This document shows positions 1 to 6,984 of a stretch of 11,548 bases of DNA, in pieces (within the stretch, counting starts at the first letter, position 1; every line of letters starts with the position of its first letter). Source of the DNA: a bacterium (GTDB taxonomy: Bacteria; Bacillota; Clostridia; Christensenellales; Aristaeellaceae); contig CAVIWF010000063.1 in NCBI GenBank assembly GCA_963646285.1, forward strand, positions 1 through 11,548, read 5' to 3'. The notes beneath the pieces were generated by a model. It saw only the letters and a list, made by a program, of their open reading frames with translations. It did no database searches and was not told where the DNA came from. Both the position numbers and the translations under genes were made by a program.

Positions 1-81
1 GAAGGGGCTCGCCGATTTTCGATCTAGAGTTGAAGGGCTTGCGAGCCCTCCAACGTCACCCAGGGTTTGTTGATGGTCTGG

Positions 82-120
82 GCACCCCACGGTCAGTGTG
101 ACCATGGGGTGCCTTTTGTG
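82..120 (+). terminator. Probable rho-independent terminator of a + strand gene lying upstream of the window
   Basis: Stem 82-95 (gcaccccacggtca) pairs with 99-112 (tgaccatggggtgc): 14 bp with one mismatch and a 3-nt loop. It is followed directly by the T-rich 'cttttgtggttgtg'. Confidence 0.45.
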
Positions 121-249
121 GTTGTGAGAAATAGGTGGTTGATGCGGTAATTTGGTTTTGGGAGATGGCTGCTTCTGGGCTGCAATGGCGCAATATGCAG
201 CACGTTTTTGAAATGGACAAGTGAGGATAAAAGTACACTTTTGTAAACA

Positions 250-293
250 CCAAACCCACCGTAAATTCCCAAAGTAAGTTCCAAACCCACCGT
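250..293. repeat. 13-bp direct repeat CCAAACCCACCGT, two copies (250-262 and 281-293), 31 bp apart, upstream of the operon promoter
   Basis: Exact match read directly from the sequence. Spacing is about three helical turns. Function unknown. Confidence 0.5.
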
Positions 294-322
294 CGAAATC
301 AGGAAAATTGTTCCACAAATAG

Positions 323-351
323 TTGATTTTCTTGATTGCATTTGGTATACT
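323..351 (+). promoter_or_regulatory. Sigma-70-like promoter: TTGATT (323-328), 17 nt spacer, TGgTATACT extended -10 (343-351)
   Basis: Consensus-like -35, 17-nt spacer and a TG-extended -10. Predicted TSS is near 358, leaving a leader of about 190 nt before the gene-1 start at 546. There is no other promoter-like sequence closer to gene 1. Confidence 0.4.
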
Positions 352-545
352 TGAGTCGATGATTAGCGTTTTCAAGCTGATTGAGCATGTGTCGATAGCT
401 GGTTACAAAAGTGTGCTTTAGTAGACACATTTCTTGGAAAAGCAGCGCTTGTGCTGGGCAGAGATCGGCATGTGGTTCGGTGCATTCTGTGAGCGGAATA
501 CGAAAGTCCGCCTTCTTATCATATCAATCAAAAAAGGAGTCATGC

Positions 546-2285
546 ATGATGAGCAAGTTCATGATTGCCTGCCCGGTTTGCCACAGCTATGCGGAGGCAT
601 CGACTGGATTCTTTGCCAGCAAGCACATTCGGTGTTCTTGCGGCAATGTGATTCACGTAAAAACAGATCGGATGGCGACAAAGCGCTGCCCCAGCTGCGG
701 CAACGATGTGGTCTATGATCAGGCAGCAGGGAAGGACGCCAAGTGTCCTGTTTGTCATGCCCCGCTGTTGACCGATAAGGAGATGAATCATCTTGTCTCC
801 TTCCGGTGCACCACTTGCGGATGCCGCCTGCAGGCGGATAAGTGTGCGCAGCAAATCACCTGTCCCGTGTGCGATACGGTGTGCGACGTTCAGCAGGAAG
901 TGAAAAAGGCCGAAGTGCGTGATGCTGGCGTTCCTGCGGTCATCAGCTATGAAGGGGATAACAAAACCTTCGTGTGGAAGCATCCCGTTACGGACTTTGT
1001 GACGGGCAGCCAGCTGATTGTTCACGAAAGTCAGGAGGCTGTTTTCTTCCGCAACGGCGAAGCACTGGATTCCTTCGGCCCAGGCCGTTACACGCTGGAA
1101 ACGGGGATTCTGCCCAAGATGAGTAACCTGTATCCTTTGCCTGTGCAGGGGCAGCCCTTCCATGCAGAAGTCTATTTTGTGAACCTGACCACGCAAATGG
1201 GCATTAAGTGGGGAACGCCCAGTAAGGTTGGCCTCTTTGACCCTGCCACGGGCATCCATGTGGAGCTTGGTGCTTCTGGCTCCTTCAACATGAAGGTGGC
1301 AGATGCACGCCGCCTGCTGATTCGTGTGGTTGGCACCTCTGGCAGCCTGAAGCAGGAAGATATCTTTGGCCAGAATGGCACAGGCTATTTCCGCACCATT
1401 GTAATGACGCAGGTCAAGGCCAATCTGGCGAAGATCATCAAGGCAAACCGCATCAATGTCCTTGAACTGGATGAGCATGTGGATACCATCAGCCGTGCCC
1501 TGCGGGAGGCCATCAATCCGGAGCTTGCAGAATATGGTCTGGAAATGCCGGAGTTTTATGTCAGCAACATTGTAACCCCGGATGAGGATCCCAATCTCCG
1601 CCGCATGAAGCAGCAGCATGCAGATCTCTACCTGAAAACCCGTGAAGAGGAAATCAAGAAGGCCGAGGCAGAAGCCGCATTCGAACGGAAGGCTGTGGAA
1701 GCCCAGACCAAGGCACGGATGAACGTCATCGAAGCCCAAGGGGCAGCAGATGCGGCACGTATTGCAGGGCAGGCACAGGCGGACATTTACCGCATGCAGT
1801 CCGAAGCAGAAGCCCAGGAAATGCGCATGAAGGGCTACACCTACCAGCAGGAAACCGCCCGTCAGGTAGGCGTGGAAGCCATGCGAAACGGCGGCGCAGG
1901 GGTAACAGGCTTTGCCAGCGAGGCCATGCAGCTGGGCATCGGCCTTGGCACGGTGGGCAGCGTCATTGGCATGACGAAGGAAGCCATTCAGCCGGTGATG
2001 CAGGGCGTCAGCAGCATGGCACAGCCCACGCCTCCTGCGGAAAATGCAGGCTGGACGTGCACTTGTGGTCAAAGGAACATCACCAGCAAGTTCTGCCCTG
2101 AGTGCGGCGCAAAGAAGCCGGAGCCGCCTAAGCCTTGGGATTGCACTTGCGGACAGACGGGCATCACCAGCAAATTCTGCCCCAATTGCGGCAGCAAAAA
2201 GCCTGAAACCTGGGACTGCAGCTGCGGTCAAAAGCATATTACCAGCAAGTTCTGCCCTGAATGCGGCAGGAAGCGGGAGGATTAA
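546..2285 (+). CDS. SPFH/band-7 (COG4260, flotillin/'virion core protein'-like) protein with three N-terminal and three C-terminal zinc ribbons
   Basis: Start chosen at ATG 546 (MMSKF...), which follows the RBS AAAAAGGAG (533-540). The upstream extension to 411 has no RBS. Residues 9-109 carry three CxxC...CxC(x)C ribbons. The SPFH core (…ISYEGDNKTFVWKHPVTDFVTGSQLIVHESQEAVFFRNGEALDSFGPGRYTLETG…YFVNLTTQMGIKWGTP…) matches the COG4260 / B. subtilis YdjI-type family. This is followed by an Ala/Glu-rich coiled-coil segment and a Gly-rich hydrophobic patch. The C-terminus is three repeats of W(D/T)C(T/S)CGQ..ITSKFCP(E/N)CG(A/S/R)KK (double zinc-ribbon type). Confidence 0.85.
   Translation: MMSKFMIACPVCHSYAEASTGFFASKHIRCSCGNVIHVKTDRMATKRCPSCGNDVVYDQAAGKDAKCPVCHAPLLTDKEMNHLVSFRCTTCGCRLQADKCAQQITCPVCDTVCDVQQEVKKAEVRDAGVPAVISYEGDNKTFVWKHPVTDFVTGSQLIVHESQEAVFFRNGEALDSFGPGRYTLETGILPKMSNLYPLPVQGQPFHAEVYFVNLTTQMGIKWGTPSKVGLFDPATGIHVELGASGSFNMKVADARRLLIRVVGTSGSLKQEDIFGQNGTGYFRTIVMTQVKANLAKIIKANRINVLELDEHVDTISRALREAINPELAEYGLEMPEFYVSNIVTPDEDPNLRRMKQQHADLYLKTREEEIKKAEAEAAFERKAVEAQTKARMNVIEAQGAADAARIAGQAQADIYRMQSEAEAQEMRMKGYTYQQETARQVGVEAMRNGGAGVTGFASEAMQLGIGLGTVGSVIGMTKEAIQPVMQGVSSMAQPTPPAENAGWTCTCGQRNITSKFCPECGAKKPEPPKPWDCTCGQTGITSKFCPNCGSKKPETWDCSCGQKHITSKFCPECGRKRED
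2052..2282 (+). repeat. Three tandem, about 75-bp DNA-level repeats encoding the C-terminal zinc-ribbon modules of gene 1
   Basis: The peptides WTCTCGQRNITSKFCPECGAKKPE, WDCTCGQTGITSKFCPNCGSKKPE and WDCSCGQKHITSKFCPECGRKRED are encoded by clearly related nucleotide units: tgcacttg(t/c)gg(t/a)ca…atcaccagcaa(g/a)ttctgccc…. Confidence 0.7.
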
Positions 2286-2288
2286 GCA

Positions 2289-2930
2289 ATGAAGATGACC
2301 AAGCGTGCATGGATCATTTGGGGAATTTCTCTGGCAGTTGTGCTCGTGCTGATGGCTGCCATTCCTTTCGTCCGCACGGCAGCGTGGTGGATTGGTGCCG
2401 CTTGCACGGTGGTGATGTTTGGCCTGTGCGCCTTCACGTTCCATCTGGCCTTCCGAAAAGGCGGCGACATCGAAAGCAAGCTCCTTGGCTGGCCCATCTT
2501 CAAGGTGGGTTACACGGCGTTGATTGCCCAGGTGATGGTTGGGGGCATACTCATGGGGATTGCAGCCTTCTGCCCGGCGTGGCCGGCAGTGATTGCGGAG
2601 GTGCTCCTGTTTGCCGCAACAGGCATTTGCCTGACCTTGAAGGAAGCCTCCCGCACGGTGGTGACCCATGGAGAAGCAACCGTGCAGGACAGAACCCAGG
2701 GCTGGAAGGCCATCCGTGCCAAGGCCAACGCCCTGGCAGCATCCAACGGCAATAGGGACATGAAGAAGCTGGCGGAAGAAATCCGCTATGCTGACCCTGC
2801 GCCCACAGAGATGGATGGGAAGATAGCGGAGATGCTGGAGCAAATGACGGGAGAGGTCACGGAACAGAATGTGACGATGGTGAGGCAGATGGTGATGGAG
2901 AGGAAAGAAATGGGGAAGGGGAATAAGTAA
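2289..2930 (+). CDS. Small integral membrane protein (four predicted TM helices plus a charged C-terminal tail of about 90 aa), function unknown
   Basis: ATG 2289 lies 8 nt after GGGAGG (2275-2280) and 3 nt after the gene-1 stop. Four hydrophobic stretches are visible (AWIIWGISLAVVLVLMAAIPFV; WWIGAACTVVMFGLCAFTFHLAF; ALIAQVMVGGILMGIAAF; AVIAEVLLFAATGICLTL), followed by a K/E-rich tail. It may be a YdjH-like partner of the SPFH protein; that link is inference only. Confidence 0.75.
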   Translation: MKMTKRAWIIWGISLAVVLVLMAAIPFVRTAAWWIGAACTVVMFGLCAFTFHLAFRKGGDIESKLLGWPIFKVGYTALIAQVMVGGILMGIAAFCPAWPAVIAEVLLFAATGICLTLKEASRTVVTHGEATVQDRTQGWKAIRAKANALAASNGNRDMKKLAEEIRYADPAPTEMDGKIAEMLEQMTGEVTEQNVTMVRQMVMERKEMGKGNK

Positions 2931-2953
2931 AAAAGTGATTGAGGATGAGAAAA

Positions 2954-3637
2954 ATGGTTAGAAATAGCGTAATCCTGTATAAGTATATATCACGCCAATA
3001 CCTGATGGAGACGTTAAGAAACCAACAGTTGTATCTTGACGATGGTTCGAATTTTAATGATCCATTTGAATTGCTGATTGTAAGCAAAAGCGAGACCAAC
3101 GATAGACGAGTACAAGGGTTACATATACTCTGCCTGACAAATAGCTACAGAAAAAAACTGATGTGGTCTTATTATGGAGAGTCACATAAAGGTGTTTGCT
3201 TAACGATTGAAGTACCGAAAAAAATTGTCTACCCTGTATGCTACACTTCAGCGAGAGTGTATGAAAACAGCAATTTGGATGAGATCATTGCACATAGTAA
3301 CATAAATAGGAGGAAAAACACGAACTGCGATTATTCCACATTGAGCACAGAAAAAAAGATTGCTTTCATCAAGGATAAAAAGTGGAAAGACGAGAAAGAA
3401 TACCGTATTGTGCTCGATGGGAATGATGAAAAACTGCTGACGAATGAAGGCGGTAGATGGTTCTTGAAGGTGAAAATAAAGAACGTGTATCTGGGGGCAA
3501 GGTTTGCAGATGATGGGCAATGTACAGCGTCTGCAATTGAAGAAATATGCAAAGAAAAAAGGATAACAGTCAAGTATATGACACTTTCAAGAAGGAACTA
3601 TGGTCTAGACATAGCAAAGGAGCGTAAACTACCATGA
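2954..3637 (+). CDS. DUF2971-family protein
   Basis: The N-terminus 'ILYKYISRQYLMETLRNQQLYLDDGSNFNDPFEL' matches the hallmark DUF2971 start (LYKY…L…FNDPFE), followed by 'YYGESHKGVCL'. The start could instead be ATG 2945 or TTG 2939; 2954 gives the best spacing to GAGGA (2941-2945). The stop TGA 3635-3637 overlaps the ATG of gene 4. The gene is visibly AT-rich compared with its neighbours. Confidence 0.7.
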   Translation: MVRNSVILYKYISRQYLMETLRNQQLYLDDGSNFNDPFELLIVSKSETNDRRVQGLHILCLTNSYRKKLMWSYYGESHKGVCLTIEVPKKIVYPVCYTSARVYENSNLDEIIAHSNINRRKNTNCDYSTLSTEKKIAFIKDKKWKDEKEYRIVLDGNDEKLLTNEGGRWFLKVKIKNVYLGARFADDGQCTASAIEEICKEKRITVKYMTLSRRNYGLDIAKERKLP

Positions 3638-6600
3638 TCATCAAGTGCAAGATGTGCGGTGGAGACATCGAATTCACCCCGGGTGCGACCTACGGAACGT
3701 GCGAATATTGCGGCAGTACGTCCACCATCCCGAAGGCTGAGGACGAAGTGACCTTGAACCGCTACAACCGTGCGAACCATTTTCGCCGGCAGTGCGAATT
3801 TGATAAGGCTGTTGCGGCCTATGAGAAGATTCTCGAGCAGGATGACACGGATGCTGAAGCCCATTGGGGTGCGGTGCTGAGCCGCTATGGCATCGAATAT
3901 GTGGAAGACCCGACAACCAAGAAGCGCATTCCCACTTGCCATCGGCTGCAGGTGGCATCCATTTTGGCGGATGCGGACTATCTGGCTGCTGTCGAGCATG
4001 CACCTGACGAGGAAAGCCGCAGCCTTTATGAAGAACAGGCAGCGCAGATTGCGGACATTCAGAAAGGCATTCTCGCCATTTCTGCAAACGAGAAACCCTA
4101 CGATGTATTCATCTGCTACAAGGAAACGGATGAAAACGGTCAGCGTACCCGTGACTCGCAGTGGGCGCAGGACGTGTACTATGGCCTGACAGATGCAGGC
4201 TACAAGGTGTTCTTCAGCCGGATTACGCTGGAAGATAAGCTCGGCCAGCAATATGAGCCGTACATCTTTGCTGCACTGAATTCCGCAAAGGTGATGGTGG
4301 CCATTGGCAGCAAGGCAGAATACTTCAATGCCGTGTGGGTGAAGAACGAGTGGAGCCGTTACCTTGCCCTTATGGCCAAGGATCGCAAGCGTCTGCTGAT
4401 CCCTTGCTACCGGGATATGGATCCTTATGACCTGCCTGAAGAACTGTCTGCCCTGCAGAGCCAGGACATGAGCAAAATCGGCTTCATGCAGGATCTGCTC
4501 CGTGGTGTGAAGAAGGTGCTGGAAGCAGATAAAAAGAGTGAGCCGGTGAAACAGTCTGCACAGGTTGTCACCGCAGCATCAACAGCGGCGGTTTCTCCCG
4601 GTGTGACCAGCCTTATGGAGCGGGCTTATCTTTTCATGGAAGACGGCAATTTCGCAAGTGCAGAAGAATATCTGGATCGTGTGCTGGACATTGATCCCAA
4701 GTTTGCTTCAGCTTATGTGGCCAAGGTGTGCGTGACCTTCCAGTTGCGCAGAGAAGCTGAACTGGCGGAAACTACTTTCCAGTATGAGGACAATGCCGAT
4801 TGGCGGAAGGCTATGCGCTTTGCCAACCCGCAGCAGAAAGCTGTCTATGAGAACTATGCAGCAAAGGTAAAGGAACGCACAGAGCGTCAGATCCGGGATT
4901 ATTCCTACGATTGTGCCATGGAAATGGCAGTGAACCCCTATGCCAATAAGAACAAACTGGACAAAGAATTATCGTACTATAAGGTCTCCTGCACCCATTC
5001 TGACGGCTGCAGGGCTGACGGCAGCCGCCGAAAGAACAGCCAGATGAACGAGGACGCATTCAGACAGAATTTGAAAAGCAATGAGCCCGGCGATTTGAGT
5101 GAGCAAAACTTCAATACGGCCGCCGCCATGTTCGATGAAATTAAGGATAGCGATGCAGCCGAATGTGCCGGACAATGCCGCACGCTGGCGGAACAGGCAC
5201 GGCAGAAGAAAATCTACAAGGAAGCGGTAGCTGCATCGCAGAGCAACAGGGTACCTGATTTGCGGCAGGCGCAAGTGCTTTTTGCAAGCATTCCGCAGTA
5301 CAAGGATGCTGAGATGCGTGCAAAAAAGACGCAAGAAAAGATTGATAACATTCAGGCAAGCATCTATGCGGAAGCCGTGCAGGCTATGCAGAACGCAAAA
5401 GGAAACAGCTGGGATTGGTTAAATGTTAAGCATAAGCTGAGCAATAGGGTACTGGACAATTACCGTGATGTGGCTGCTTTGCGGATTCAGGCAGAAAAAC
5501 AGTATCATGAGAGCATTGCCAAGGAAGATGAAATGAGGCGCCGGCAGGCGGCCAGGAAAAAGAAGATGACCATCCTCGGCAGCACTGCCGCAGCAGTGGT
5601 AATTGCAATCATCCTGCTGGTAACGCAGGTGATTATCCCGTCTAATAATTATAACCATGCAGTGTCGTTGCGTGCAGCAGAAGATTGGGATGGAGCACGT
5701 GAAGCCTTTGCGTCTGCCGGCGACTACAGCGATGCGACAACGCAAATCAAGGCCACTTACTACGCCGAAGGCGAGGCCAAGCGGGCAGCAGGCGAGTGGA
5801 CTGAAGCCGTGGAAGCTTTCACGAATGCCGGCGACTACAGCGATGCGGCGACGCAAATCAAGGTCATCTACTACGCAGAAGGCGAAGCCAAGCGAGAAGC
5901 AGGCGAGTGGACTGAAGCCGTGGAAGCTTTCAAGAATGCAGGCGACTACAGCGATGCGGCAACGCAAATCAAGGCTACCTATTACGCCGAAGGCGAGGCC
6001 AAGCGGGCAGCAGAAGATTGGGATGAAGCACGTGAAGCCTTTGCGTCTGCCGGTGACTACAGCGATGCGGCAACACAAATCATGGTCACCTACTACGCAG
6101 AAGGCGAAGCCAAGCGAGAAGCAGGCGAGTGGACAGAAGCCGTGGAAGCTTTCACGAATGCAGGCGACTACAGCGATGCGGCAACGCAAATCAAAGAAAC
6201 TGAATATCAGAAAGCGCAGGCTCTGTATGCCTCCGCTGACTATGCAAATGCCTACACCACCTATAAGAGCATTTCTGGGTATAAAGATGTTGACAATCTA
6301 CTGGAAACAGACGAAAATCTAAAAGCAGCACTCGAAGCAAAGTTTACGGTTGGAAACTACGTAGAATTCGGTACCTATCCGCAAACAGCATCCGGCACGG
6401 ATAGCACACCCATCGAGTGGCTGGTGCTGGCGAGAGATGGGAACAAGGCACTGCTGATCAGCCGTTATGGCTTGGATACGCAACCATACAACAAAAAGAA
6501 GACGAATGTCACCTGGGAGGAATGCACGCTGCGCACCTGGTTGAACGGCACATTCATGAACAAAGCCTTTACTGCGAACGAACAGACCGGCATCCTGCTG

Positions 6601-6984
6601 ACAAATGTAGACAACAGCAGCAGTCAAGGATATAGCGGGTGGAGCACGAGCGGCGGAAACAATACCCAGGATAAGATCTTCCTGTTGAGTTATGCGGAAG
6701 CAAATCAATACCTGGATGTCACTTATGATGATAGCAATAACATGAAATCCAGGGTAGCGCCGACAGCGTATGCGAAGAAACAGGGAGCTGTTACATCCGA
6801 CTATGATAAGACAGCAGATGGTGATGAGTCCGGGTGGTGGTGGCTGCGTTCGCCGGGCAAAAAGCTGAGCGCCGCCGCGCGCGTGTACTACGACGGCTCC
6901 CTCAGCAACAACTACTATGTCAACAGTGGCAGTATTTGTGTCCGCCCCGCTTTGTGGGTTGATCTGGAATCTGGCATCTTCTGA
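3634..6984 (+). CDS. Single-pass membrane TIR-domain protein. The N-terminal Zn ribbon, TPR-like region and TIR are cytoplasmic; one TM helix follows; the 37-aa tandem repeats and DUF6273-like C-terminal domain are extracellular.
   Basis: RBS AAGGAG (3617-3622) precedes ATG 3634. Residues 5-27 form a CxxC…CxxC ribbon. Residues 153-290 form a TIR fold: 'KPYDVFICYKETDENG' is the betaA strand and 'AVWVKNEWSRYLALMA' carries the W…E motif, with Glu239 encoded at 4348-4350. Residues 300-640 are TPR-like and Lys/Arg-rich. The only long hydrophobic helix is 'MTILGSTAAAVVIAIILLVTQVII' (about aa 645-668, nt 5566-5637). Then come 4.6 × 37-aa repeats, and a C-terminal domain with 'GTYPQTASGTDSTPIEWLVLA…DKIFLLSYAEANQYL…WWWLRSPG…ICVRPALWVDL' that is typical of DUF6273. 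Confidence 0.9.
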   Translation: MIIKCKMCGGDIEFTPGATYGTCEYCGSTSTIPKAEDEVTLNRYNRANHFRRQCEFDKAVAAYEKILEQDDTDAEAHWGAVLSRYGIEYVEDPTTKKRIPTCHRLQVASILADADYLAAVEHAPDEESRSLYEEQAAQIADIQKGILAISANEKPYDVFICYKETDENGQRTRDSQWAQDVYYGLTDAGYKVFFSRITLEDKLGQQYEPYIFAALNSAKVMVAIGSKAEYFNAVWVKNEWSRYLALMAKDRKRLLIPCYRDMDPYDLPEELSALQSQDMSKIGFMQDLLRGVKKVLEADKKSEPVKQSAQVVTAASTAAVSPGVTSLMERAYLFMEDGNFASAEEYLDRVLDIDPKFASAYVAKVCVTFQLRREAELAETTFQYEDNADWRKAMRFANPQQKAVYENYAAKVKERTERQIRDYSYDCAMEMAVNPYANKNKLDKELSYYKVSCTHSDGCRADGSRRKNSQMNEDAFRQNLKSNEPGDLSEQNFNTAAAMFDEIKDSDAAECAGQCRTLAEQARQKKIYKEAVAASQSNRVPDLRQAQVLFASIPQYKDAEMRAKKTQEKIDNIQASIYAEAVQAMQNAKGNSWDWLNVKHKLSNRVLDNYRDVAALRIQAEKQYHESIAKEDEMRRRQAARKKKMTILGSTAAAVVIAIILLVTQVIIPSNNYNHAVSLRAAEDWDGAREAFASAGDYSDATTQIKATYYAEGEAKRAAGEWTEAVEAFTNAGDYSDAATQIKVIYYAEGEAKREAGEWTEAVEAFKNAGDYSDAATQIKATYYAEGEAKRAAEDWDEAREAFASAGDYSDAATQIMVTYYAEGEAKREAGEWTEAVEAFTNAGDYSDAATQIKETEYQKAQALYASADYANAYTTYKSISGYKDVDNLLETDENLKAALEAKFTVGNYVEFGTYPQTASGTDSTPIEWLVLARDGNKALLISRYGLDTQPYNKKKTNVTWEECTLRTWLNGTFMNKAFTANEQTGILLTNVDNSSSQGYSGWSTSGGNNTQDKIFLLSYAEANQYLDVTYDDSNNMKSRVAPTAYAKKQGAVTSDYDKTADGDESGWWWLRSPGKKLSAAARVYYDGSLSNNYYVNSGSICVRPALWVDLESGIF
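4090..4503 (+). other. TIR domain, predicted NAD+-hydrolase type with the catalytic Glu present, inside gene 4
   Basis: YDVFICY (betaA) and WVKNEW (alphaC 'W…E') motifs were read from the translation. Boundaries are approximate. Confidence 0.75.
5686..6196 (+). repeat. 4.6 near-identical in-frame tandem repeats of 111 bp (37 aa, TPR/Sel1-like 'W.EA.EAF..AGDYSDA.TQIK..YYAEGEAKR.AGE')
   Basis: The repeat-initial TGG codons sit at 5686, 5797, 5908, 6019 and 6130, exactly 111 bp apart. The units come in two flavours: A (WDGAREAFASAG…) and B (WTEAVEAFTNAG…). Their order is A-B-B-A-B(partial), which implies a duplication of a 333-bp A-B-B block. Confidence 0.85.

Noticed and set aside
56-341. Small minus-strand ORFs 56..259 and 93..341
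   Set aside because: They overlap a terminator-like hairpin and the direct repeats. They have no RBS, odd composition and mutually overlapping frames. This is most likely a non-coding intergenic or regulatory region.
411-545. Upstream extension of gene 1 (ORF start 411, 'MCFSRHISWKSS…')
   Set aside because: There is no RBS at 411. A strong AAAAAGGAG sits 6 nt before ATG 546. The extension adds a Cys/Ser-rich, low-complexity N-terminus.
540-2843. 767-aa ORF on the minus strand
   Set aside because: It is the antisense of the well-supported SPFH and 4-TM genes. It has no RBS and a Cys/Arg/His-rich low-complexity translation typical of reverse-frame shadows in GC3-rich genes.
3598-4251. 217-aa minus-strand ORF and other 60-140-aa ORFs inside gene 4 (3674..4087, 3887..4189, 4811..5359, 6319..7038)
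   Set aside because: All are nested in or antisense to the TIR-protein CDS, which has a clear domain architecture and an RBS. They have no ribosome-binding sites.
5686-6196. Possible CRISPR array (regularly spaced repeats)
   Set aside because: The units are contiguous 111-bp in-frame coding repeats with no unique spacers. They lie inside a long ORF with a coherent protein repeat, so this is not a CRISPR.
5419-6322. ORFs 5419..6189 (-) and 5657..6322 (+) with internally repetitive translations
   Set aside because: They are alternative-frame readings of the 111-bp tandem repeats inside gene 4. The repetition is inherited from the real frame. They have no independent start signals.
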